DNA of 64,000 bases, from the NCBI GenBank assembly GCA_013239625.1, contig MU054391.1:8527095-8591094 (forward strand), written 5' to 3'. Source of the DNA: Lama guanicoe. Lineage: Eukaryota. The position numbers and the translations under genes are program-made. The notes under the pieces are model-generated. The model was not told the origin of the DNA and searched no databases. It worked only from the letters and a program-made list of their open reading frames with translations. This document shows positions 39,960-52,489 of this stretch, in pieces. How positions within the stretch are numbered: position 1 is the first letter of the stretch; each line of letters begins with the position of its first letter.

Positions 39960-40325
39960 TGCTCACCGGGCGCTGCGTGCAGAGAGAGGCCTCGCGCCCG
40001 GTCCTCAAACCACAGTTCCTCAAGCGAAAAGGCTGCGGCTCCGACACCTCACGTCGGCGGGCGGTGCACAGAAGCGACTGAAGATGGCGGCGGCCAGCCG
40101 TGCGCAGGGAGGCTGCGCCCAGCGCTGGGATCCGGGCCCTCGCTGGACTCGCGAGAACTCCGCCCTCCTCCCCCTCCCCTACCGGACCTTCTAAAGCAGC
40201 CCCGCGCACAGCTTGCCGGGAGGAGCCTGCGCTCTTGGCGGGAACTCGCACCTCTCTGTGCAGTGAGCGAAGACTAAAGCTTTTCTTTGCTTCCGAACCA
40301 AATTTGGGCTCCTTCTATTGGCTCC
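39960..40325. promoter_or_regulatory. CpG-island promoter
   Basis: The only CpG-dense GC-rich block in the window. YY1 AAGATGGCGGC at 40081-40091, BANP-like ACTCGCGAGA at 40147-40156, GC-box-like CTCCGCCC at 40158, E2F TTGGCGGGAA at 40235-40244, ATTGG (CCAAT) at 40317-40321. Confidence 0.85.
39967..40130 (-). ncRNA. Putative non-coding first exon of a leftward transcript (TSS approximate)
   Basis: Donor CCG|GTGAGC at 39967/39966 coincides with the island edge. Promoter motifs lie upstream on this strand, and the exon has no ATG. Confidence 0.5.
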
Positions 40326-40804
40326 AAGGACATCAGATAGAAGGACCCTCCTTGGGAACCGACTTTGGAAGGTCAGTAACATTTCTTAAGACTAGCTCTA
40401 AATACTGAGCACCTTGATACCTGTAGTATACCTGAGTAGTGCTTGTCTCATAAAAATCACAGATAAATGTCAGCTCATATGAGTAGCTGAAACTTCTGGG
40501 ATGAAGTGCCGTCTCATTTCTGATCAGATAAACTGAATTACAAGGAGAAAAATATTTGCAATAATAAGTGAATAAGAAAATACTCAAAAAATAAGAATTT
40601 TTTAAAATCTGAATACAAGTTTTTAGTTCATATCGCCTTTGTTTTCAGAATCCTAAGAGAAATGATAATCGCTTTCCTCATCACTTGAAGAATCTGAATC
40701 ATTACCTGAATCATTTTCAACTTTTTTTTTAACCTAATGTGAAATTGTATGAAAACCTCTGTGATAACTGTGGTAGGTGCCTTTAAAAACACAACTCATT
40801 AAGT

Positions 40805-41335
40805 CTTTTTTTTTTTTTACCTTATAAAAAATGTTAAACATATAGGAAAAATGGACCAGTATTACAAACACTCATGTGCTTGTTACTTATAGAGTTGTCC
40901 GTCAGTATCTGTAGGGATTGGTTCCAGGACCCTCACAAATGCCAAAATCCACAGATGCTCAAGTCCTTTATAGTGTAAAACACATAACCTACACATATCC
41001 TCCCATATATTAAAAATCTCTAGACTACTTATCATAGCTAATACAATGTAAATGCCATGTAAGTAGTTGTAAATACAATGCAAATGCTGTATAAATAATA
41101 CAATTGTCTTCTGGAATGTAGCAAATTCGGTATTTGCTTTTTGGACATTCCTAGATTTTTGTTTGTTTGTTTGTTTTGATCTGAAGTTGGTTGAAACTGT
41201 GGATGCAAAGCCCTTGGATAGAGAGGGCCAATTGTATCTATTAATTGTTAACATTTTTTATCTTTGCTATATCTATTTTTAGTTTCTGAAATGTTTTAAA
41301 ATAGAGACATCATACAGTTTTATCCCTAATAATAT
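40805..41335 (-). mobile_element. Old L1 (L1MC/ME-type) 3' fragment, split by a Tigger element
   Basis: tttt…ataaaaaatgttaaacatatagg…; continues attgttaacatttt…gacatcatacagttttatcccta after the insertion. Confidence 0.5.
40892..41234 (+). mobile_element. MER2/Tigger2a-like element
   Basis: TA-flanked; ggggattggttccaggaccc…aaaatccacagatgctcaagtcc…gttggttgaaactgtggatgc…gagggccaattg. Confidence 0.9.
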
Positions 41336-42059
41336 ATTAAATGATTTGAAAAGCAAATATTGATTTTTGATTTTACATTAATGTGTATATGCTCAGGCCA
41401 GTCACAAGGTAAATAGGTAGTTCGTGAACAATCACATGAAAACGTCACAGTACCACTTACAGTGTAACAGTCAACTACAAATTGACCAGGATTATTACAT
41501 TTATACAATGTCAGCAGCCTGTGTAATTATTATCTGTAATGCCATTAAACATAAATATTTCTATCAGTATTTTTCTCTCATCTTACTTTATTCATTAAAA
41601 GCAAAGTTAACCATTTTATTAGACATGATGATAAAATGTAATAATTCAAATTACCAGAAACCTATTCTTTCTTACCTCATTTTATTACTTTAACAAGGTG
41701 ATTTTGTTTAGCATACCTATTGTAATTTATGTTTACTATATTCTGATTTTTACTTTATTTGTATTTAAGGAAACAATATACTTAAAATTATAAAAAGAGC
41801 ATGTAGCATGAATCTCTCTCTGCCCTGACCACATCCATTCAGTTTACCTCTGCTCATGAACATGGATAGAAATGTTTCTCTGTCATATCTGTCAAGTGCT
41901 AGACTGAAAACTGAAATAATGCTAGGTATTTTTAAAAAACAGTTTGAATATAGGTAATAAGTTAACAAGTTGCTACCAAGGCAATAAGAACAAATGAAAG
42001 ATGGTGTGCAAAAAACCTCTAGACGTATCTTTTTCAGTTATAGAATATCCAATTTAAAA

Positions 42060-42400
42060 AAAAGTCACATGTATCTTAATTGGCACATGTTAAACACTAT
42101 ACCCAACAAATATACAATGCACATTATTTTAAGGTGTTCATGGAACACTTTACCAAAATTGACCATACATTGGGCTATAAAGGAAAGACTTAGATTATCT
42201 TAAGGGATAGAAAATATACAATATATATATAAACAATCTAGAAATCAATAATAAAAAGATAACTAGAAAATATCTAACTGCTTTGAAATAAAGCAGTAAA
42301 CTTCTCAATAATCCATTGGTCAAGGAAAAACTAAAATTATAAATTAGAAATTATTTTGGACTGAATGGTAGTGACATGAAAACTAGTGGAATATATATTC
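42060..42400 (+). mobile_element. L1 ORF2 endonuclease C-terminal fragment
   Basis: catggaacactttaccaaaattgaccatacattgggctataaa resembles HGTFTKIDHILGHK. Confidence 0.75.
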
Positions 42401-43492
42401 ATCATGCTCCTATTTTGAGAACTGACTCAAAAAACTATCTCATTAGTAAGAAAAACATCTTTGGTAACATCCACTAGCAAAATAGCATTTTTTACATGGG
42501 ATGCAGTGATTAAAGAAAAACAAAAATGATTGTTAAAATATGTAGTCAGATATAGGCAGACACCTCAGTTTTGAGGAGGGTTGGCCAATTTTATTCTTCC
42601 TTTCTTAACTATAAGCTGACTACAAAATCATCTGATGCGACCTACCCAATTATAGAAGCTCATAGAAAAAATTCATTAAGTAGTTGTTGGACAAATATGG
42701 TGCTATAAAACTGAGTAACATTTTCCCCAAATGACATTAGTTTTCACAGTTTTACGCCTAGCTTTGCTTATTGTGTGTCCTGACCTTTGACAGCTCTTCT
42801 CTTTTCTAATTGAAAAATCACTCTTCCTTCAAAAAGCTCACCTCAAAATGTCATGCCTTGGTCTTTCTATGGCACAGTGCATGTAGCTTTTGTGATATGA
42901 GGAGTTATAAAAATGTAAAGTCTATTATCATTATTTGCCAATGACTTAACCCATATTTTCATCTAGGAAAGCTAGCATTGAAATTGTCAGCATTTATTAT
43001 GAGCAATTTCATTATCCTTAAACTCTTTTGTTGGCAACATCATTATTATATTATAATTATTCTTATGCTCTTTATTTTAGCAATCATACATGTGGTACTT
43101 TCAGCATACCTAGAGTGATGTGGTGTATACTCTTTGTGATACGTATGGCTTTCCCTCAACTCATCTTCATTCTTGTTACTCTTTCCTGTTGTCACCATAG
43201 ACCAAAATCCCCCAGAAATCCCAAAACTTTGTCATCGAGAATATCAGTTTGTAAAGATCAGTCTGTAAAATAAATTTCCTGGACCTAATAACAACCAGGA
43301 TTCCAACTGAATCTGATCCAGCTAGTATGTTTTAAAATGTATATTAAGACAGACACATTGCTAGGCAAGTGTTATGTTACTATCTGATTTGCTCCACAAA
43401 AACAGCTGTGGATTGGGATTATGATTTTTGCTTGTGGTCAATAGTCTTAAATTGTCCAATTCAGTAAGAGACGTATTGGTAAACTTTTCATA

Positions 43493-43495
<3 letters not shown>

Positions 43496-43538
<43 letters not shown>
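43496..43538. repeat. (TA)n microsatellite
   Basis: About 21 TA units. Confidence 0.95.
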
Positions 43539-43542
<4 letters not shown>

Positions 43543-43624
43543 AATATATTAACATATATGTATTTGGCACCTCCTATGTGCCAGAAAATGTTCTAAGTGC
43601 TCATTAAAAAATGAATATATTGTA

Positions 43625-44524
43625 TATATCATTTAAGGTACAAATAGGAAACAGAAACCACACAGAAATTTAAATGGGAAAGATTTCACATAAAAAATTA
43701 TTGACTATAACAATGTATTGGCTCATAATACGTAAGGATAACTCTAAACTATATGGGAACAGCAGATACAAGGAGCAACTGCTGCACCTTGGGCTGAGAT
43801 GGTGTGACCCCAACCCCTAAGTCTGATATCCAGACCTTGCTGGAGGTCACAGCTATGGTCCCCTGGATGGCAGGGAAGTCACTGAACTGCCATGCTAGGT
43901 GAACTTGAGTATGCCTTCTAGGGTTCCAGGGAAAATTCCATGGGGAAGTGACTTACCAGAGGCTACTAAACCACCTCGGGCAGAGGAGTTGCCCATAGGG
44001 TGACCAAACTTGTTACGGTTTTCTAGAGAACACCGCAGTTTTGAAACAGATATTCCCATATCCCATGCATCGCCTCAGTCCTATGTAAACCTGGATGGTT
44101 GGTCGTGGGCTTCGGGGAAACCCTTCTGGCCACTACGTGCTGCAGGTCACTGTGCCCTGCAGGTGCTGAGCTCTGGAGAAACTGCACATGCTCCCAAAGT
44201 CAGGTGCTGGAGGAGCTGTCCAGGCTGCAGGCGCTGGGCATAGGGAAGCCACGTGCTGCAGGAGCCAGGTGCTGGGGAAGCTGCTCCTGTGCAGGAGCCA
44301 GGCACTGGAGCCACGTGTACCTCGGACGCCTACCAATGCCACACCAGAACACTAAGCTAAACCCTCCCCTCCTGCAGTGTTTCTCCAGTGCTCTCTGTTG
44401 ATAGATCCAGAGATCCAGCCCGCTTGCAAAGAAAAACATATTTAAAAGACCTAGAGCAATCGTTATGTAACAAGTAAAACAGATGTGATTGAAACTGAGA
44501 GACAATAATCCCCTAACCAGTACA
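43625..44524 (-). mobile_element. Ancient LTR (LTR78/79-like)
   Basis: ggaaacagaaaccacac…agcagatacaaggagcaactg…gggctgagat…; end tgaaactgagagacaataa…accagtaca. Confidence 0.65.
43996..44108. mobile_element. MER81 (hAT-Blackjack MITE) nested in the LTR
   Basis: TAGGGTGACCAA…cctcagtcc…aaacctggatggttggtc terminal inverted repeat structure. Confidence 0.75.
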
Positions 44525-44664
44525 TCATAAATGTTCTTTTCTGGTCTGGAACACTTAGTCTAATTTTTATGGCTCTATCTAATAATTAGCAGGTTCTGAT
44601 AATAGCATGCTGTAATGTGAGTTTACTGAAGAACTTCTTTCCTTCCCTGCCTTTATTTATTGAA

Positions 44665-45568
44665 TTTTATTTTTTCCTTTTTTTTAATTTTGTGAAGGTA
44701 CAATTGACATACAGCATTATATTAGTTTCAGGTGTACAAATATCAATAATAATTTGATATTTGTATATATTACAAAATGATCACCACAGTAAATCTAGTT
44801 AACATCCCCCATCATACACAGTTACAGAAATTTTATTCTTGTGATACAGAAACTTTTAAGATTTATTCTCTTAGCAACTTTCAAATATTGAATAGAATAT
44901 TACTAACTATAATTGCCATGATATACATTATATCCCCATGACTTACTTATTTTATAACTGGAAGTTTGTATCTTTTAACACACTATACCTATTTGACTCA
45001 CCACCCACCCTTCTTCTGGCAACCAACAATTTGTTCTCTGTATTAATGAGCTTTTTGTGTTTGTTTCTTTTAGATTCCATATATAGCCAAGATCATATGG
45101 TATTTATCTTTCTTCTCTCTGACTTATTTCACTTAGCATAATTCCCTCGAGGTCCAACCATGTTCTAGCAAATGGCAAGATTTCACTTTTTATGGCTGAA
45201 TAATATATACATACCTACCATATTTTATTTATCCATTCATCCATCAATGGACAGTTAGATTGTTTCCATATCTTGGCTGTTGTAAATAATGCTGCAGTGA
45301 ACATGGGGGTGCATGTATCTTTTTGAGTTAGTGTTTTCATTTTCTTTGGCTAAATACCCAGAAGTAAGATTTCTGGGTTATAGATATGGTAGTTTTATTT
45401 TCAATTTTTTTAAGAAACTCTATACTGTTTTCCATGGTGGCTGCACAGATTTACATTTCCACCAATAATCCACAAGGGTTCCCTTCTCTCCACATCCTCA
45501 CTAACACTTGTTATTTCTTATCTTTTTGATAATGGCCATTCTAACAGGTGTGAGTTGGAATCTCATTT
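44665..45568 (-). mobile_element. L1 3' end (L1MA9-like)
   Basis: attgacatacagcattatattagtttcaggtgtac…cttagcaactttcaaata…gacttatttcacttagcata…ggccattctaacaggtgtgag. Confidence 0.9.
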
Positions 45569-46419
45569 TTAAAGTTTTGAATTATTAAACTAAATACAAC
45601 TCTGCTAAAGCTCTGATAGAAGTGGGTGAAACTAAAATTATGTCTGATAGCTACCATAATTTCAGGGAGTGCTGTGTCAACCCCAAAGAGAAATACCTGA
45701 GCAGAAAGATTTATTAGCACACTACGTTATATTCATATTTTATTTGCCATGGAATAAAGAGAATTTTGCTTTATATCTAAACAAGAATCCAGCATGATCA
45801 ATATTTTACTTAATAACCTTCCTTTGCCTATCTTAATGTTTCAGTTAATTATTTCAGACAAAGCTGAACTAATCAATTATCCTTTAAATTAGTTCTGTCT
45901 TCATTATTATTGCTGGTTCTGACCATAACCATAAATAAATGTTCATCCCATGAAGTAGAGTGTAGGTCTCAAAATTATATTTTGTATATTTTATTCTAGT
46001 TTTTTGTTTCTGAGTGAGTAGAGTATCTTGTAGGGGAACAATGATCCCATCAAGAATAACCAAATCAGCCAGATAAAGCAATTCATCAGCTGTTGCTGGC
46101 ATCAGACACCTGCTGAAGAAATGGCTAGAAGAGAGGGGGAATGGTGCACATGAGGCGAGGGTGGTGAGGAGGTCACCCAGCTTTCTGCTGCAGCATTTCT
46201 CAGAAGGCACTTGCTGATTCTGGGTGCAGGGCTGGCAGCTACACATCTGGAAAGTACTGCTGGGGATCCAGAAACCAGCAGAGCTACTGGGATCTTAAAG
46301 GACCGGAGAGGCACAGCTGGAGAGCTGAGGGGTGTACAGGCCCCTACTCCAATACGGCTGTATGTAAATTCTGATGCTTCATGGAGTGGAAAGAAAAAAA
46401 AAAAAGAAAGAAAATTACT

Positions 46420-46640
46420 GAGAAGAACTAAAATTAATCTATGATATTTGAAGTTACAATTGCAGTTACCCTTGAAGGTTAGTAACTAGAAGGGAGCTTG
46501 AGTGGGTGCTGGCACATTACTAGTAAGGTTCTGTTTCTTGATCTGGGTGATTTTTGTAAGATATACTCACTTTGTGAAAATTCATCGAGCCACATGCTCA
46601 ATATTTGTGTAACTTTCTGAAGTATGTTTTACATATAAAT
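46420..46640 (+). mobile_element. L1ME 3' end
   Basis: ttctgtttcttgatctgggtg…tcactttgtgaaaattcatcgagc. Confidence 0.8.
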
Positions 46641-47609
46641 ATGTATGTATATACACACAGACACATATACGTGTTTCATATATAAATATATAGAGACACA
46701 CAAAAATGTATATTCACATAAATGTTTTTAGGTACGTATTTGTATGTATATATGTGTGTGTTTACACACACACACGCGTATACCCAACATACATTATTTT
46801 TTCATGCTTGTAAAAGTATTTTTTCTTCTAAATGTTTAAAATTGTTGAAGTAGTATGGAATATTCAAGACTTAGAATCTAAAAAGTAAGAGGAAAAAATA
46901 TTTATTCTGTACCTTGGCTTAATGCAAATTACCTAACTTTTAGTAAAAGTCATTGCTATCAACATCTCAAAGTCACACGTAAGTCCAAATATTAAAATGT
47001 ATTACTGAGCAGTATATCATCTTATAAAAATGAATATGAATCAGAAGATTATTACAGAATGTATAACAATAAGCCTGCTGGTAGTAAGTGAAGCTTCTTT
47101 GGCATTGTAAACTGAAACATGAATTTTGAAAGAAATTAATAGACACAGAGATATTGTGAAAAGGTTGAATGAGGATATTCCTCATATTTAAAGACCTGCA
47201 GAACATCTCCCTACATAGTATAGTTCCATAGGTATTTCTGAAGCTAAAAGGGTCACAGAAATAAACCGTTTTGCTAAGAGAATTGTTTGGATGCTATCCA
47301 TATAATTATACATTCAAATGAAAAAGGACTTCTTTAGGCAAATGATAGAGATTTGTAATAGATAAAAGTCACACCACTACTACTGCTAATAATAATATTT
47401 TGTTTCAGTCAGATACTCAAAATAATAACAGTGTATCATCTTTACTGCATCTTCCATTATCTGTTTCCCTTTCTCATACATTACATCAATTTGAAAAAAG
47501 TCTCAAAATATTTTACAATGTGAATCATTTTTAAATGACCAATATCAAAGGATTGGACAGTAATCTTCCCATAAATGAATCCTGTATTATCACACTTTTT
47601 GCTAAATTA

Positions 47610-47800
47610 TACCTAACATTTATTTAGCCATTACCATGTGCCGGACAGAGTTTTATGTACTTCATGTGCATTAAATCATTTTACCTACCAAAAATATCCT
47701 ACATTATAGCCACTTACATAATTTCATTTAAATAAATGCAGAGGTCAAGTCAAAGAAACATGGAGACATCTAGTATTTGTCAAGTTATCTATTAAGAGGA
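47610..47800 (-). mobile_element. MIR SINE
   Basis: taacatttatttagccattaccatgtgccggaca…. Confidence 0.55.
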
Positions 47801-49369
47801 AATACTGGAATTCTAGGGAAGCAATCTGCTCTAGGATCTATTCATATCCTGTGCCCATCCTGTGTCTCAAAATTAAGCCAACTTGGTCTCAGATGATAAT
47901 GAAAGCTAAATTAACTTAGATACATATTTCACACTGCACTGTTCTTCATATTTTCACTCAGAATATTTCCAAATGATTTCAGTACTCCAGTTCCAATCTC
48001 AATTGGGGAAGTATTTCTCAGAATTCAAAAAATGATATATTTGGGATTATTGTTTTCCTTTGCCTAAATTCCGTCCTTGCCATAGCACTTTATAATGCCA
48101 TTCATCCACAGTGTTCTCCCCACTTCAAAACAAAACAAACAGAAATTTTCTTTGAAGCTTTGCTAGAGAACATGAATAATGAAACCATAAGCCATGATAG
48201 AGTAAAAATGAAAAAGTCCTGGAAAAGAACGTGGCATGTCCACCTGGTAACTTTTTTCCCCTAGAGCAGATCAGAAATTAACTAATTCAGCAGAGTGACT
48301 GAAACATGGTTATTATACATACTGTGTAGTGCACATTTTCAAATGAAAAATGAATTTTTATTTCAAATTTGCTGATTGAGCATGAGAATTTGGATTGAAA
48401 CCTCTTAGGTCAGAATGGTAAACATTTTGATTCTCTGGAATAAGGTAGGGATGAAGTCAGTATTCAGAATAGAAGACAGTCAGCTGTCTGCAAAATATCA
48501 CAAGGTATGTATTAAAGAAGGTGACAAGCTTTGGAAAAGCAGCAACTAAAAATTGGAGCAAACAATGTAATTTCTTGAGCCAATTTGATCCCAGTGCCCT
48601 TCAAGAAGGCACTGCACAAAGGACAACCATGTACATGTTTCTTCAAGATGGAACTAGTAAGACAAAAGACAGTAACTTGCCTAGGAGTGGACCAGTGGCA
48701 TTGGCTGTGGACTCTCAGATTCCTTAGGAACAGGTGCATGCTGCCTCAGGATCCTAGGAACCACTGGCTCCCTAGAGGTTTCAGCACAATATGTAGACTT
48801 GCAGGACAGGTGGGCAACACGCTTTCCTGGGTCGGGTATAGTTAGGAGAATCTACAAGGACCCCTGAAGCTTCCTACTGTTCTCACAGTCATGGGAGCTG
48901 GAGAAATGGCTATCACATATTAGCAACTGTGCACAAATGAGAACAGGTTTGTTCATAACCCTCCTAGATGTGTATATATCCCCGAATCCACAATTTCAGA
49001 TGACAAAGTGAAAAAACAGGCCAACTCACCACATAGAATCAGAACATGAAAGCCCGAAATTGAACAACTAGCATCAATGCCCAAACCGCCTCAGACCTGT
49101 GGCAACTGACTAAACCTAGGGGAACGGAATCCATTATTGACCCAGGAAGCCAACTTCCCACCAAGAATGAGTAAGCAGGCTTCTTGTACAGAAAGCAACT
49201 AAACCCGGCAGGCATTTAACTTATCTCCTCTCTAAGCAGCTGAAATAATAAAGCAGTAATGTCCAGATCACTGCCCTGCAGAGAGAAAGAAGATGTAAAA
49301 TCATTTTGAACAAAGACAAGGGAAATTAGAAAATTGAAGGGGAAGAAGATTAACATCCAAGTGATCGCT

Positions 49370-49545
49370 GTTCATAGGCTAAGAACTTTCAAATCTTTAT
49401 GTCTCATATTTCCTCTCAACAGTTTTGTGAGTTGGATATTACTACCCACATTTTTTTAAGTAAGAAAGATGAGATTCCAAGATTTGAAGGAAGTTGACCA
49501 ATTCTTCAAGAGCTCATGAGTGAAAGCCTCTGGATTCATATCATG
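49370..49545 (-). mobile_element. MIR SINE
   Basis: gtctcatatttcctctcaacag…attactacccacatttt…aagaaagatgag. Confidence 0.6.
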
Positions 49546-49984
49546 TTTCCTTCTCTAATGAGCTACAGGTGCATATTCATCTTTGACTCAAAACCATGAT
49601 CACTACGATAAAGAATAAAATACATATTATACTTTCTTCCGTTGATGAATAAGATAATGTTTCAAATGGAGAAACAGTTATACAGTGTGGGAATCTCCTC
49701 AGCAGGTTTCCTATCTGGATGTCCTCAGAGAGATGAAATGACTTCCCGAATTCTCTGGCTGCCTTGGTTCCTCCTCAGTATGTGCAATCAGATATTTTAA
49801 AATGTATCTTGTTTTCTAGTTCTTCCTGGTGGGAAATTTACTCTGCTGTAAACTAGTTTGTCACAGGCAGAATTGGAAGAGAAAGACAATTTAATAAGCA
49901 TTTTTGGAAGGAAATCGGTCATTATATAGCTGACTTTTAATTATGCACATATATTGAGCTGGTAATTATGCCTCTACAAACCTC

Positions 49985-50290
49985 TCCCAAGTGCAGCGCA
50001 CATACGTGGTTTAAAGATACATGTGGAAGGATCTTTATTGCATTATTCCAAGATAAAACAAAAATTCTGAAAATAATCTAAATGTTTATTCAGTGGAGGA
50101 GTTGTATGTATATTATAAGATATGTATACAGTGGGATATTATGCATCGATTGTAAGGAATGGAAATAAAGTCACGTTGTACTAACATTGAAATACCAGAA
50201 AGGCAAATGATTGGCGTACAAGTAATTTCAGAACAATAAAGGCAAGTTCCACTAAGTAAAAGGGTGTAAGTGTATTTACTTTATAAAATG
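49985..50290 (+). mobile_element. L1ME 3' fragment
   Basis: atacatgtggaaggatctttattgcattatt…aaataatctaaatgt…gggatattatgca. Confidence 0.55.
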
Positions 50291-51284
50291 TGAACTTGAT
50301 ACATTGCTTTTCAAATTGTGGTGAAGAAATAGACTTTACTTTTAATTTCAAATACTTTTCATAACAATCCTTCTGTAAACTACAGTAAAAATTAAAAAAT
50401 TATCACTTGGGTTATTACAAAAAAGTAAAATTGCTATAAAAATTTCTTAACATTTACTCTGAAGTTATGTATCCACCTTATTGCAGACTGGAAACCAAAG
50501 TTTTGAGGCCTGGTGTGGTCCTTAGACTACATTTGGATAGCTCTCGATGAAGAATCACTGCACACCACTCATAGGAGGTCATTTTATCCATGATTAGTAG
50601 TAAAAGTAGAAGGATACATGAAAGAGGGTTGTTAGAAATTATATAATCTTAGCATTCATGTATCTATTTCCTGTGTATAAAATATTAGAAGTTGGGGTAT
50701 GGACTTTCTGATTGTTAAAATCCGGTCAGGTGTGCTCCAACTCTTCTATGTAATTATGTCATTCATGCAATTATTTTTCATTTATCAACTTTACAGACAT
50801 TTATTCACCTCTAAACATAATATACTCACTGTACTAGGTCATTTTCTTGAGCATGTAATTAGAACGCCGTGAGTGAAGTTTCCTTTTTTGCAGACCTATT
50901 TTTTAGCATATACGTTTAATTCTAAAAAAGTTAACCCGAACCTTTCATTGTATCATAAAAGCATTAAGAAAAGGTATAGTGATTGTAGTATTTTTTTTTT
51001 AATTGAAGTAATCACTTACTAAAGTGTTCCTTGTTCAATGATGGCCAAACATACTTGTCTTCTAGAAGCAGTGACCAAGGAGGCCAGGAAACTGCTTCCA
51101 GCAATCATGGCAATACCTATCACCCAGATAGTGCCATTCCTTTTTTCTATATGTTTAAGAAATACATTTTTTGGACTCAGAATAAACAGGTGTGATATTA
51201 ACGACTTGACAAATACAATGCTGATGACATGACGCCCTGGGACTTTTGAGGCTGTCTCCTATGAAGGGCATTTTGAAATCCACA

Positions 51285-51510
51285 TCTCATTCATTCATGT
51301 ATTCATCTTTTCATTAACTGCTTGTTTATTTTTGCCATAAGGAATAGCCAATACCTGTAATGTTTCATGACTTGGCATATAAAGATAAAGAGACAGAATT
51401 CTGACTTTCAACCACAGGTCAGCAAAGCAGGTGTGACCAGACCAGTAAATACTTATCCCAGACTAGTGTAGTATATGTAAGTACAGGATGCTCTTGTGCT
51501 CAGAGGCATA
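51285..51510 (-). mobile_element. L2 3' fragment
   Basis: cattcattcatgtattcatc…aaagataaagagacag. Confidence 0.5.
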
Positions 51511-51599
51511 CTAGCAGCTTTCCCCCACATAATCATGTGCTCTTTTATTGAAACAAACACCACTGATATGTTGAAGTTTTCCTAAATCTACATACACAG

Positions 51600-52400
51600 T
51601 TATGCATATTGCCCGGTGCTCCTGATCCATGCTATCAAGTACTTAATCAGCATTTCCATTAAGACGTTTCATTGTTGTCTCAAACATAAAATCGTGATGT
51701 TTTCCCTCTCAAATCTGTGTCTTGTTCTTTCTTTTCTATATTGGTGGACATGAGAAATAGTCACACATTTGCTCAAGCCATATACTTATACATCAACCTT
51801 TATTCATCCCTTTGCCTAATAAGCACACTGAGTCATGACCAAACTCAGCCAAAATGATCTCCTCAGTATCTCACAAAATTATCTCAATACCTCTTTCAAG
51901 TCTCCCACCTTTCCTCCCGTTAGTTTTTAGAAGAACCCCTTCTTTAGTGTTCTCTCTCAAATCCATGACTCATGGCAGCCTATGTGTTTCTCTTCCAAAT
52001 TAAAATGGATTAGATTCTTTCCTAGATTAAAACATTTTAATGATTTCTCACTGCCCTCAGAATAAATTCTCCCCTCCATAGCGTGGGATATAAGACTTCG
52101 TATGATCTAGCCCTTCCTAACCATTCCAGACCTGTCTCTCAGCTTGGCCTCCCTTCCATGCTAAAATTCAATCAAGCTAAACTTACTTTTTCCAACAGTT
52201 ATCATCTTTCCTCTTGCCATTTGCATCTGGTGTTCACTATACCTAATATTCAATATTCTATTCTTTATCTAAATTCCATTTTTCCTTAATTACTTGGCTT
52301 AGATATTACCTCATAGGAAAAGGTTGTCTGATTACTTAAGTTTCTTCTAAATTTCTCTGTGTCCCTTTAGCATCTGATGTACATTAGCAATACCTGGTAC
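51600..52400 (+). mobile_element. L2 fragment
   Basis: atttgctcaagcca…taatgatttctcactgccctcagaataaa…atgatctagccc. Confidence 0.6.
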
Positions 52401-52489
52401 CGGTATTAAGGTACTCAGTACAGGAAATAGTAACAACAATTATTATTTTATATTCAATATTCATTTATATTCATAGACCTATGATCATG

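Noticed and set aside
44130..44320. CRISPR-like repeat array
   Set aside because: Eukaryotic context, degenerate contiguous units without unique spacers, and no cas genes.
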